Virus record (IMG/VR): IMGVR_UViG_3300031452_000084
Location: 1-35,681 of that record
DNA: 35,681 nt
From: a virus
Taxonomy: Duplodnaviria; Caudoviricetes
Direction: 5' to 3' (one strand)
Shown: positions 8,437-17,791 of the stretch, one piece after another
Position numbering within the stretch: the stretch's first letter is position 1
Layout: each line of letters starts with the position of its first letter
Program-made: the position numbers and the translations under genes
Notes under the pieces: generated by a model
Told to the model about the DNA's origin: nothing
What the model saw: only the letters and a program-made list of their open reading frames with translations
The model's database searches: none

Positions 8437-8837
8437 CGAACGAAACCACTGACACCACCCACACGACGGTCACGACCAAAGAACGCCCCTGGGAAAGCGG
8501 CATCCGCCGCGGCCAGGACACCATCGAGGTTTTGATCCCTCATGTGCATGACAGCCCCACCAGCGGCAGCCCGATCCACATTGAGGCCGGTGTGTTGTAT
8601 CAGGCAATCGAATTACTACAAGTTCTCGTGCTTACCCTCGACCCGCTTAAAGACGATGGCGCCGACTTGGGCGCGCAGTACCGCCTCCGCATCGCGACGC
8701 GGCAGATCGCGACGCGGCTGGAAGAGGCGGTGCTCGCGGATTGGGACACGGATTATGGCGAACCGTGCCACGCCTTTATCGCGGAACTCGCGGGCCACGA
8801 TGAGATGGACGCCGGCGCCGAACAGAGCGCGCCATGA
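8433..8837 (+). CDS. Hypothetical protein, paralog of 9434..9859
   Basis: SD AAGGAG; shares the LxEA...D...G..CHA..AE.A motif. Confidence 0.7.
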   Translation: MTNETTDTTHTTVTTKERPWESGIRRGQDTIEVLIPHVHDSPTSGSPIHIEAGVLYQAIELLQVLVLTLDPLKDDGADLGAQYRLRIATRQIATRLEEAVLADWDTDYGEPCHAFIAELAGHDEMDAGAEQSAP

Positions 8838-9304
8838 CTCCCCCTATCGACCTGCCCTACTTCGACTTAAGCAGGCCACTCCTGGTGTAACAACGCCGTG
8901 GCGGTCTGGTGGTCGCCCCCTTCACCATCGCCGGCATCCGGCACGTCGCGTGCGTCCGCATCGACCCGCTCGACGACGACGAAACGGTCGAGATTATCCC
9001 GGCGTATCCCCGCGATCCCGGCCTGGCGTTAGCGGCGCTTGTCGAGGGCCTGGACGCTGTGAGAGGCGTTGTGACACAGGCGCGCGAGCGCGGGCACGAC
9101 GAGGCTGTACGCCTCTGTCAGCGTGCCGTCGGGGCCATCCAGGACGCAGCGCAGGATGCGGCGGAGGCACGCTATACGCCCCCGTCAGAGCGGCGTCAAC
9201 AGGCGGGTGTGGTGTCGCCGCCACGACGTGGCCGCGCCCTATCTGTGCCGCCTGAGCGGTCGCGACGTGGGGCGCGGGCGTCCGCTGGGGCGTGGCCCCA
9301 ATGA
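8834..9304 (+). pseudogene. Hypothetical gene with in-frame TAA at 8888-8890
   Basis: The ATGA-coupled start at 8834 gives MTPPIDLPYFDLSRPLLV*QRRGGLVVAPF..., the same frame as ORF 8909..9304. Confidence 0.55.
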
Positions 9305-9433
9305 GAACACGGCACAGGCGTAGGCCATGGGCGCGTGGGCCGCCCCGTGCAGGCAGGTATGGCTCTATGTATGTATCCCGCACCCTCACAACGAACATGC
9401 CCCTTAAATGAAATGAAGAAAGCAGGCCATTCC

Positions 9434-9859
9434 ATGAAGACGACGGAAAACACGGGACCCAGCATCATTCGCTATCCGGTCGCCAAGGGCTTTGTTGGTA
9501 GCGATGATGATTTGGGCTACACGCACATCCTCACTGAAACTGTGTGGCGACTCAGCGATTTACTCTTAATACTCGCGGGGAACATCGAACCCTGCGGGGG
9601 CGGTGAAGATGACGCCCACCCGGACGCCTCGGGTGGTGATGGATTCCACCGTCAGGTGGAGTTGATCGCCTATGCGGCGGAATTGAAAGAAGCTGCCGCC
9701 GCGCAGCTTGACGACGAAGATGGCGCGCAATGCCACGCACGTCTGGCGGAGATCGCGGCCAACGACGCCTTTATCGAAAAGAACCATGCGGCCATTGCAG
9801 CAAGAGAGCAGGCAGAGCGGGAGCAGGCTGGACAGAACCAATCCCCCATGCACGCCTAA
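9434..9859 (+). CDS. Hypothetical protein, paralog of 8433..8837
   Basis: MKTTEN...LKEAAAAQLDDEDGAQCHARLAEIA. Confidence 0.7.
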   Translation: MKTTENTGPSIIRYPVAKGFVGSDDDLGYTHILTETVWRLSDLLLILAGNIEPCGGGEDDAHPDASGGDGFHRQVELIAYAAELKEAAAAQLDDEDGAQCHARLAEIAANDAFIEKNHAAIAAREQAEREQAGQNQSPMHA

Positions 9860-9967
9860 AGGCCACAGGCCGTCCGGTGAGAACTGGCGGGGCCAGGGGG
9901 ATACCGACCGTCCCTTTGCCCCCTCAGGCGTGTGGGGCGTGCTACAATGGCCGTACGAAGAGAGGTG

Positions 9968-10228
9968 ATGATGGTGAGGGACGTGAGGAGTCATCGAGTC
10001 GGGCGCGCGACGCTGGCTACCGGCGGGATCACGACTGCCTATCGCGCGGTCGTCGCGTTCGAGTGTGTGGAGTGCGCCGGGACGATCACACCCGGCACGC
10101 TCTTCTCACGCCAAACCCGCCGCACACCCTTGCACGCATCCATACAGACGACGGGTGCGATGACGACCGAGCCAATCTGTGTCACCTGCCGCCCGTTGCG
10201 CCTGGAGGGCATTGACGAGGGCCTGTAG
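9968..10228 (+). CDS. Small CxxC...CxxC zinc-binding protein
   Basis: CVECAGTITPG...ICVTC; SD GAGGTG; TGcTACAAT upstream. Confidence 0.6.
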   Translation: MMVRDVRSHRVGRATLATGGITTAYRAVVAFECVECAGTITPGTLFSRQTRRTPLHASIQTTGAMTTEPICVTCRPLRLEGIDEGL

Positions 10229-10288
10229 CCGGTTAAGGCTCCAGCTACCATGCGCGTCCCTCGTCGTGTTAGGGCGTGGTACACTGGC

Positions 10289-10668
10289 GGACATGATGGA
10301 CAACCTGCCGGACAACCCGGACACCATGGACATGTCCGGCACGCCCGGACAGTCCGACACATCGGACATGTCAGACCGGTCCGATGTGTCCGACCGGCCC
10401 GCCCTGTCCGTTACCGCGGCGGCGGCGATCCTCGGGGTGAACGAGCGCACGGTGCGGCGCTACATCGAGAAGGGCAAGCTCCGCGCCGACCGGCTGGAGA
10501 CCGACCGCCATACCGTCGAGATGCGCATCAGTCCGGCCGCCATTGCCGACTACCGTGGCCGGCGCGGCGCTGTCGAGCACGAGATGACGCCCATGGACAC
10601 CCCGCCGGGCCCCCTGTCCGGCCTGTCCGGCGGGGTGTCCGCGCCCTTGTCCGGCCGACCCGTGGACA
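10289..10668. repeat. Two clusters of GGACA/TGTCC motifs inside the HTH gene
   Basis: About 10 copies in 10289-10409 and 6 copies in 10595-10668, in both orientations. Confidence 0.8.
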
Positions 10669-10856
10669 TGCCGGCGCTCATCGGCGCGATCAGCGACCGC
10701 CTCGACGCCCAGTATCAGGCGCGTCTTGCCGACAAGGACGAACTGATAGGAGAACTACGCCGCCGCGCCGAGGTGGCCGAGCGCGAGGCCGCGGAGCTGC
10801 GTCTGGCCCGGCGACAGATGCCATGGTGGCTTAGACTGCTGGTAGGGGGCCGCTGA
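10293..10856 (+). CDS. HTH plus coiled-coil protein with amphipathic C-terminus (putative single-protein partition/anchoring factor)
   Basis: LSVTAAAAILGVNERTVRRYIEKGKLRA; coiled coil LADKDELIGELRRR; tail WWLRLL. Confidence 0.75.
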   Translation: MMDNLPDNPDTMDMSGTPGQSDTSDMSDRSDVSDRPALSVTAAAAILGVNERTVRRYIEKGKLRADRLETDRHTVEMRISPAAIADYRGRRGAVEHEMTPMDTPPGPLSGLSGGVSAPLSGRPVDMPALIGAISDRLDAQYQARLADKDELIGELRRRAEVAEREAAELRLARRQMPWWLRLLVGGR

Positions 10857-10914
10857 GGCGCGATGTGCGGGTAGGATGTCATCCTCACTCCGACCCCAGC
10901 AGTGAGGCCGGCCC

Positions 10915-11115
10915 ATGACACCACGCCCTCGTTTCGTCGCTCGTTCACGCCCCTTCTCGAAGACGTGGGCCGTGTTCGATGACCTGCGCGGGTACACCGT
11001 CACACAAGGCAATACGGCCTCCGTGTCCACGTTCATCGCGCGCAGTCACGAGGCGACCTGGCGTGAGCGGTGTCAGCGCTGGATCGAGGCCGAGCACCGC
11101 GACGCCATGCCCTAA
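10915..11115 (+). CDS. Small hypothetical protein
   Basis: 66 aa; GAGG upstream; FSKTWAVFDD. Confidence 0.45.
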   Translation: MTPRPRFVARSRPFSKTWAVFDDLRGYTVTQGNTASVSTFIARSHEATWRERCQRWIEAEHRDAMP

Positions 11116-11370
11116 ACGCCAGGAGGGTATAGGACGCGAGCGGCCCACGGTGAAGTGCCCCCCGACACCGCAGGCCACCCGCATCATCAGCCTACCGCAC
11201 GGACATGTCGGTAGCCCGGTTATCAGCGTCAGGCGCGTCTATTATCCCCTCGCTGTGGCAGGGTAAATTGAGGAGCGGTAAAGAGTTATCCACAATGTTG
11301 GGGCAAAGCGTGCTATTCTGGTGGTACATCTGTCACTGACAGTAGGTACCATGCGAGGAGGACAACACCC

Positions 11371-11610
11371 ATGCCTATCACACAGCCGGATCGGCGCGTG
11401 CATCGGCGCCGGCGTCCCACGGAGATGAGTCCGTCCGCTATTGGTGGCGCGCTCACTTTTGGGGCCGTGGCTGGGTTAACGCTTGGCCCTCTTGGCACGG
11501 TCGCGGGTCTTGTCGTCGGCGGGACAGTCGGCGAACTACTGGACCGCTATGTGGACGACCACCCGACCACGCGGCCGCACGATCCCGTACAAGGACGCAC
11601 GACCAAGTAG
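11371..11610 (+). CDS. Glycine-zipper membrane protein
   Basis: SD GAGGAGG; IGGALTFGAVAGLTLGPLGTVAGLVVGGTVG. Confidence 0.7.
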   Translation: MPITQPDRRVHRRRRPTEMSPSAIGGALTFGAVAGLTLGPLGTVAGLVVGGTVGELLDRYVDDHPTTRPHDPVQGRTTK

Positions 11611-11611
11611 C

Positions 11612-12046
11612 ATGCAGCTCACGGTCGGGCTGTCCGTCACGGTTATCCTGGCCTTGCTGACGGTCGGTCTCCGTCTCGTACGCCGTCATCCCGTTACCTT
11701 CGAGTCCTTCGCGCAAGACACACTGGCCGCTTTCGGCGTCGGCGTCGCGGTGGGACTCGTCGTTGTTCCCACGATCGGCATTTCCTGGGCCTTCGTGCAC
11801 GACAACAGTAGGCTGACGCCAGCTATCATCGCCCCCTACGATCAAAACGGCTTGATGTTCAGCATCATCGCGGGGGCAGCGGCAGCCACATACCTGGCTG
11901 TCAAGGCGTACCTTGAGCACATGCCGCCTCGTGCGGTCACTAAGCCAGACGCTCAAGAGGCCATCGACACACCAGCCAGCCCCGCCCGTGTGCCCGATGG
12001 GACCGGATCTAGCCTCGTCGACGAACATGGAGGTTCGCCTCCCTAA
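11612..12046 (+). CDS. Three-TM membrane protein
   Basis: ATG 1 nt after the upstream stop; three hydrophobic segments. Confidence 0.65.
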   Translation: MQLTVGLSVTVILALLTVGLRLVRRHPVTFESFAQDTLAAFGVGVAVGLVVVPTIGISWAFVHDNSRLTPAIIAPYDQNGLMFSIIAGAAAATYLAVKAYLEHMPPRAVTKPDAQEAIDTPASPARVPDGTGSSLVDEHGGSPP

Positions 12047-12088
12047 CCCGTTTATCGCGAACCGAGCGCTCTATCCTCCTCTCAATGC

Positions 12089-12282
12089 CGGGGGTGCAGG
12101 GGGTCCCCCCGCTCATGGGGGGACCCGCGTCGGTCCGGCCAACGGGCCGGAGTGGGGGGAGCACGAAGGCTCCCGAGGGGGTAGGCAGGCTCGCCCGCGT
12201 AGGGCGAGCTGCCGCGTAGGGGGACGCCTCCCCCTACAGCGCGGAGCGCGGCCATACCAGCGGAGCGATGCTAGCGGCTAGC
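12089..12282. other. Cluster of GC hairpins, candidate single-strand origin/ssi or oriT
   Basis: GGGTCCCCC/GGGGGACCC, TCCGGCC/GGCCGGA, GGGAGC/GCTCCC, GCTCGCCC/GGGCGAGC, GTAGGGG/CCCCTAC and GCTAGC/GCTAGC in a non-coding convergent gap. Confidence 0.5.
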
Positions 12283-12320
12283 GCGATCGTTGACATACGA
12301 GGCGTCGCGTGTCTTACTCC

Positions 12321-12548
12321 TCACTGACGGTCCAATCCAGGGATGCTGCTCTTGTCGTCGGGGCCGCTATGGTCACCCGCGCCCGCGCTTCCCTGTACAA
12401 TCTCCGCCTCGCCCCATGTTCCGTCAGGGCTGTGAGCGAGGAGTTGATCGGCGCTCGGGGCATCCTGGTCGATCATGCCGCCGATGTTGTTGATCAGGGG
12501 CTTGGTCAAGCCGGGCTTGCTGGTCTCGTCGTCGTTCGCGTTTGACAT
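12321..12548 (-). CDS. Small acidic disordered protein
   Basis: SD AGGAGG then MSNANDDE... Confidence 0.6.
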   Translation of the reverse strand: MSNANDDETSKPGLTKPLINNIGGMIDQDAPSADQLLAHSPDGTWGEAEIVQGSAGAGDHSGPDDKSSIPGLDRQ

Positions 12549-13006
12549 GACATCCTCCTGTGTCCTCATCTGCCGGCCAGCTCACGCATGACGGGCGGTT
12601 GGTGGCGTCGCCGGCTGTCTAGCTACCACACACTGTCGCTGTGCATGATCGCTATGTCTATAGTGCCACGTTCAGGGTGGATAACGCTAGGGACAAACGG
12701 TGCGCGCACAGGGCGGAAAGGATCGAGCGGACGCGTGGAACAACCCCTGGCCTGTCTTGCCACACTTCGATAAGAGTAGAGATACTATTTAATTATTTTC
12801 CCAGTAGCTCGCGGTTGCGGCCGAGGCGTTGATACGCAGGCCGAGTGTTTCGCAGGGCGCGTAGCGCACGAGAAACGAGTAGATGGGCGATGGTACGGGT
12901 TATCCCGCTCGCGGAAAGCCGCCCCATCTCATTAAGTGGAGCGATCCTACGCTTTCCTTGCGCCAACGACGACTGTGCTGCTGGGAAAAATAAAGAGATG
13001 GGCTCT

Positions 13007-13549
13007 TTAGGAGGGCGTTGTGGTGTCCCACGCGTCGCAGATGGTGCGTAGTTCAGTGACGGATGGGGTGAACGCGACACTGAAGCCGCGCCATAGCGGC
13101 TCGTCTATGATCTGCTCGGGGGTCAAGCTCGTCACGCTGACACCACCCGTGTCGGCCATGAAGCGCAACTGTGCGACGAACGTGGGCAATGGAAACCAGA
13201 AAGCGATAGTCGCGCGTCTCCCGTTGATAGCGGGGATGGTGACGTTGAGACGCGCGACTCCCTCGGCGTTTTCTTGTGGCGTTGGACGTGTGGATACCCA
13301 CTGGTATACAAAGTCTATGTCGTCCTGGCCCTGCTCGGTTGCCCGGTAGTGCGCTTGCTCCAGGGCGCGCACACGTGGGCGGCCGGACTCCTCTACCCAC
13401 ACAAAGGGATATGGCGCGATCCGCCCCTCTGGGTTGGTATTCCAGATGGCCCCGTTGACCTCGATGGCCTCCCGCTTAAGCGCGGCCATCGCTCGGTGTG
13501 TCGCCGCGCCCGTGAACGCGCGTCTCATTTTGTCTCGTAGGCGTCCCAT
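13007..13549 (-). CDS. Hypothetical protein at the end of the tra operon
   Basis: SD AAGGAG; 180 aa. Confidence 0.65.
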   Translation of the reverse strand: MGRLRDKMRRAFTGAATHRAMAALKREAIEVNGAIWNTNPEGRIAPYPFVWVEESGRPRVRALEQAHYRATEQGQDDIDFVYQWVSTRPTPQENAEGVARLNVTIPAINGRRATIAFWFPLPTFVAQLRFMADTGGVSVTSLTPEQIIDEPLWRGFSVAFTPSVTELRTICDAWDTTTPS

Positions 13550-13609
13550 CGTCGTCTCCTTCGTTTAAACGTCCCCACCCCTAAAGGCGGCGCTTGCCAT
13601 ACCTAAAGG

Positions 13610-15478
13610 TTATGCCGAGTCCCGCACACCACCAGCCTCGACGGGCATAGGCGCTGTGTGAGCGTCGTGCGTGCCTTGTGTGTGGGAGCCGCGCGGGGTG
13701 GACCTAATCATACAGCCCGCTCGCCGGCGTAGCCGCGTCTTGTCCCACCGGATGACGCGGACCATGAACGGCCGTTCGTTGGCCGCGCTGACGATGAGCG
13801 TCCCTTTTGGCAAAGCGCGCAGCTCGTCGGCCCCGATCAGCGGCGCGCCGGTCTCGCTCTTACTCCGGCTGCCCCCCTGGGTAAAGACGCGCTCCCGCTC
13901 CCGCGACGCTCCCGCGCTGGCGCTGACGACGGTTCGCTGCCCGAGCGTGTCGCTCATCCACTGCGCCGTCGTCGGACCCGCGCCCGCGAAGAACAGGAGC
14001 GTGTTGCACCCATCCTCGAAGGCGGCCGGCGCGTCGGGGCCGTACTGCTCCACCATCTGTGTCGGCGACTGGAATGCCAACAGGATACCGATGCGCGCCG
14101 AGCGGTTCCGGTTGAGCGCGTGCAACAGCCCGCCCACGGTCCCGATGGTGCCGGCCTCGTCGACCACGTTCATGACGGGTCGGGGAAGCGCCTTGCCGGG
14201 GCAGGTGTTGGCGTAGGCGATCTGCGCGTCCCACATTTGGCCGAACAAGGTGGCGACGAACGGGCGCAGGGTATCCTCGCGGCCCGGTGTGAGCTGGATG
14301 TAGAGGGCGACGGGACGCTCGTCGCGGCGGCCCATGCCCACGAAGTTGAGGTCGTTGTGGTCCGTGACCGCCTGGATGGCGTCGCCCTTGAGGCCCATAA
14401 ATCTCAGGGGTAGCCCCGTCAGGACCTTTTCTGCAAGCGTCGGGTCGGCCTTGAGATGCGTCAAGAACCCTTGCGCGGCGTCCCGTGCATTGAGGTCGGG
14501 GCTTTCCAGTAACTCGCGGTGCATAGCCTTCACGTCCGTCCGTGAGAGGTAATGCGCCAACTGCGAGAGGGTGCCCGGCCTATTGACCGCGTTCAGGTGC
14601 AACGCGCATGCTTGGATAAGCAAGAGCACCGTATCATCCCAGAAGCCGCCCTCGGAGGCGTCCTGTCGCCGTGTATTGGCGACCCAGGTTCTGGCAAAAG
14701 AGAGCGCGCCCTCCGGGTCGGCCCCGATATGTTGGAGGGGATTGTACCCGGCGCCGCTCGGGTCGTAGAAGTTGAGCCGCAGCACCGTGTGCGTCTTGGA
14801 TAGCGCTCTGCTGGTGCGCTCGTAGAGTTCGCCCTTGGGGTCTGTCACGACAATGGAACGCGGCACGCGCCGCTCTATCTCGCGCAGCAGCAGGCCGATC
14901 AGCAACGTGCTCTTGCCGGACCCGGAGCGCCCGACGAGGAGCGTGTGGACGTACACCAGGGCGTCCGGGAGCGCGATCGTGCGGCGCATCCCTATGACGC
15001 GGCCCAGCACGAACGATCCGGCCCCGCGGCGCGGCCGCCACCGGCGCGCGTCCCGCTGGCCAGCCCAGCGCGCCGCGCCGTGCGCCGTGCCGGGCTTTAG
15101 CTTGCCGGCACGGCCGACCACGAACCACAGAGGCGCCCACAGCGTGCGCAGCAGCGGCAGCACGACGATGAGGATGACCGTGGCGACCTCGACCCATAAT
15201 CCGATGCGCATGAGATGACCCACCGACGACGGCCCGTTGATTTCCGCGAGGCGTCGCACGCGGGCACGCGGGTCCGTCCACTGCGGCCAGGGCATGGGAC
15301 GCCAGCCGTGTGCAAGGCGGGGGATGAGATGGACCCTGGGGATGGTGGCGACGACATGTGGCGGCCACGCGGCGGCGATCTCTGCCGCCTGGTAAGCGGT
15401 GACGATGTGTGGCCGCTCCAGCAGGGCGATACCGCCGCTAGCGGCTATGACGAAACAGGCGACCAATAAGGCTTTCAC
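13610..15478 (-). CDS. virD4: Type IV coupling protein (VirD4/TraG family)
   Basis: N-terminal TMs, HGAARWA, Walker A GRSGSGKS, DPKGE, YNPL, Walker B VVDEAG, FQSPTQ, LGQRT. Confidence 0.93.
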   Translation of the reverse strand: MKALLVACFVIAASGGIALLERPHIVTAYQAAEIAAAWPPHVVATIPRVHLIPRLAHGWRPMPWPQWTDPRARVRRLAEINGPSSVGHLMRIGLWVEVATVILIVVLPLLRTLWAPLWFVVGRAGKLKPGTAHGAARWAGQRDARRWRPRRGAGSFVLGRVIGMRRTIALPDALVYVHTLLVGRSGSGKSTLLIGLLLREIERRVPRSIVVTDPKGELYERTSRALSKTHTVLRLNFYDPSGAGYNPLQHIGADPEGALSFARTWVANTRRQDASEGGFWDDTVLLLIQACALHLNAVNRPGTLSQLAHYLSRTDVKAMHRELLESPDLNARDAAQGFLTHLKADPTLAEKVLTGLPLRFMGLKGDAIQAVTDHNDLNFVGMGRRDERPVALYIQLTPGREDTLRPFVATLFGQMWDAQIAYANTCPGKALPRPVMNVVDEAGTIGTVGGLLHALNRNRSARIGILLAFQSPTQMVEQYGPDAPAAFEDGCNTLLFFAGAGPTTAQWMSDTLGQRTVVSASAGASRERERVFTQGGSRSKSETGAPLIGADELRALPKGTLIVSAANERPFMVRVIRWDKTRLRRRAGCMIRSTPRGSHTQGTHDAHTAPMPVEAGGVRDSA

Positions 15479-16151
15479 GCGGCTCCTCCTGTACGCTAAC
15501 GGGTTGTGCTATAACGGGGGCGGCTGCTTGTCTGCTCCTGGACCGCTCGACGAGTGCGGCCATGTCGCGCTGCCGGTCTGCCGCGCGCGCCGCCTCCCGT
15601 GGGAGCGACAGGCGCACGCCGGCGGCGATCCCAGCCTGGCGCATCAGGTCAAGGTGCTGTCTCTTGAGCCGCACGCCTATCTGCTTGCCGTCGCTGCGTC
15701 GCACGCCCGCGCCGCTAATCAAGACGTGGGCGTGGGGATGGGCCGTGTTTCGATGCACGGCGGCGCACCAAGCGAAATCGAGGCCCAGGTAGTTGCTCAG
15801 GGTCCCGACTACTTCCCGTGTCCATGCTTCCAGCTCCTGTTGCGTCTGCAAGCCGTGGGCGGGGCTCGGGCTCATAATCTCGCGGTGGTAGAGTACCGAC
15901 CGATCCTGCCGTGCCCGCAACAGCTGCCGCGCCTGTTTGCTCGTCATGTCGCCCGTTGCCCCGAAGAGGTCGCGCGGACCTGGTTCCTCATCGCCCCCGG
16001 TCTCGCGGTTCTGCATGTAGTACACGGCGTCGTAGAGGCGCGCGACGGCCTGCGGGCCTTGCTTCTGGTAGTGGCTTTTGATCAGCGTTGACGGCATAGC
16101 CTCAACGTCATCCAGAGGGTCGGCGCTGCTGTCCGCGTCGTCTATCATCAT
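15438..16151 (-). CDS. Short HUH relaxase (MOBP-like)
   Basis: YYMQNRE (candidate catalytic Tyr), EIMSP, AAVHRNTAHPHAHVLI; ATG 16151 after GAGGAGG. Confidence 0.85.
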   Translation of the reverse strand: MMIDDADSSADPLDDVEAMPSTLIKSHYQKQGPQAVARLYDAVYYMQNRETGGDEEPGPRDLFGATGDMTSKQARQLLRARQDRSVLYHREIMSPSPAHGLQTQQELEAWTREVVGTLSNYLGLDFAWCAAVHRNTAHPHAHVLISGAGVRRSDGKQIGVRLKRQHLDLMRQAGIAAGVRLSLPREAARAADRQRDMAALVERSRSRQAAAPVIAQPVSVQEEPRESLIGRLFRHSR

Positions 16152-16358
16152 GGTGGTGCGCCTCCTCTCTGTGGTCGCGTAGCGACGTGTGTGGCCGTGG
16201 TGGTATGGGGGGGCGTTGGCGGAAGGATGCTTACTAGGAGGCACCAGCTTTATCCGGCAACGGGATTGCAGGCGTACCGATCGGGGAAAACTACGGGATT
16301 GCGATGGGCTGAAAAGCGCCCCCACACCAGCGGCATGGGGGCTAGTGCTCGACACAAC

Positions 16359-16667
16359 TTACCGACTCCGCGCCGGATAGATCAGGTGATGCTCCACGCC
16401 ATAGCCGATGGCGTAGACGGCGAAGATTGCCACAAGGAGCACGGTCATGAGGACCACCGCGATCAGCACGCGCCGCATCATGCGTCCGGTGATCCGCACG
16501 GCACGGCGCGTGCTCGGCCGCGTCAACGCTAGTTGTGGCGGCAGCGCCGGCAGACCGTATTGTGTCCGTAAGCCCTGCTCGATGGTGTAGCGCTCCACGG
16601 CCAGCGTGCGCTTATGAATCCGCCGCTCCTTTTTGCGCCCGATGAGATACCAGAGTACATCGTCCAT
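16359..16667 (-). CDS. Small single-TM protein in the tra operon
   Basis: SD GAGGAGG; MDDVLWY...; C-terminal hydrophobic helix. Confidence 0.7.
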   Translation of the reverse strand: MDDVLWYLIGRKKERRIHKRTLAVERYTIEQGLRTQYGLPALPPQLALTRPSTRRAVRITGRMMRRVLIAVVLMTVLLVAIFAVYAIGYGVEHHLIYPARSR

Positions 16668-16687
16668 GTCCCTATCCTCCTCTTGTG

Positions 16688-17791
16688 CTACAAGGCCGCG
16701 AGTTTCGCGATACCGCCCACGTTCTCTAGACCACTCGCGCCCGCATGCGCCACAGCGGAAAGCAGCGCCGCCACAATACCCGGCACCAGCGCCAATACCA
16801 GCAGGCCGCCGACGAGCATAATGTCGTTCCACAATACCGTGCCGATGATGCCGCCCGCGCGCCCATTCCCCTGCCCTTCCAGAGACACGATCACACTCAA
16901 CATCACCGCGTAGGCCGGTCCTAACAATGAGAGATAGGCGAAGGCGCGCAGCCACGCCCGCGCGATGTCGGCCGCCGGTGGCCACGCAAACAAGATAATA
17001 GCCAGTGGGCCGATCTCGTACACGAACGCGAACACATGCAGCGTGACGGCGCGCTCGATCCCCACGATAATGAGAAGCAGCGGCGCCAGCAGCAGCGCGA
17101 TACCGGAATGTCCCATATCGTGCATCGTGGACGCGCCAATGTCCGACGCCAGGCCGTTGACCGCTCCCAGCCAGACGTTGACGAGGGTATCGTAGGCCGC
17201 GAGCGCCGCCAGTACGAGACCAGAGCGCCACAACAGGGCGACCCCCTGCGCGACGTTGCCGAACCAGGCGGGCTTCATCGTCCACAGCACGGCAATCCCA
17301 AAGACGACCGCGAACGCGTCGCCCGCATCGGTGCTCAGGGTGTTTTTGACGGCCACAAGGCCCGCGTTTGCCGTCGGGTTGTCCGTGCGCGTCAGCGGGC
17401 CTATGATGGCGTCGGTCAGGTCGCGGATCTGTGTCGCCAGGATCGCGACGAAGCCGTTCCACACCGACGAAAAGCCCTGCTGGATGACGCCCCACAGGTC
17501 GATGCATAGGCCATTGCCTAACGGGAGCGGGATCGCCAGCGCCGTTGTGCCGCAGGTCGAGTTAGACGACACCGCCCCGCCGATCGTGGCCGCCGGCGTG
17601 GGGCTAGGCGAGGGCGTTGGGCTAGGTGTCGGGCTCGCGCTGGGTTGGTGCGTCGGACTGGGATACGGCGTGTACGTTGGGTACGGCGTCGCCGTTGCCG
17701 CAGGGTTACTCGCCGCTCCCGCAGTCGTTGGTGTCGATAGGGTCAGGATGCACAGGAGCGCCGCCAGGGCCAGGATGTATTTATGGGTCAT
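16688..17791 (-). CDS. VirB6-like polytopic membrane protein
   Basis: ATGA overlap with the virB4 stop; signal peptide, PT-rich linker, multiple TMs, GPLAIILFAWP...ARAW. Confidence 0.75.
   Translation of the reverse strand: MTHKYILALAALLCILTLSTPTTAGAASNPAATATPYPTYTPYPSPTHQPSASPTPSPTPSPSPTPAATIGGAVSSNSTCGTTALAIPLPLGNGLCIDLWGVIQQGFSSVWNGFVAILATQIRDLTDAIIGPLTRTDNPTANAGLVAVKNTLSTDAGDAFAVVFGIAVLWTMKPAWFGNVAQGVALLWRSGLVLAALAAYDTLVNVWLGAVNGLASDIGASTMHDMGHSGIALLLAPLLLIIVGIERAVTLHVFAFVYEIGPLAIILFAWPPAADIARAWLRAFAYLSLLGPAYAVMLSVIVSLEGQGNGRAGGIIGTVLWNDIMLVGGLLVLALVPGIVAALLSAVAHAGASGLENVGGIAKLAAL

Noticed and set aside
16668-17507. N-terminal extension of ORF 16359..17507
   Set aside because: Overlaps the VirB6-like gene in another frame; the SD-led start is at 16667.
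17585-17700. Short DNA repeats in the VirB6-like gene
   Set aside because: Explained by a Pro/Thr-rich linker at the protein level.
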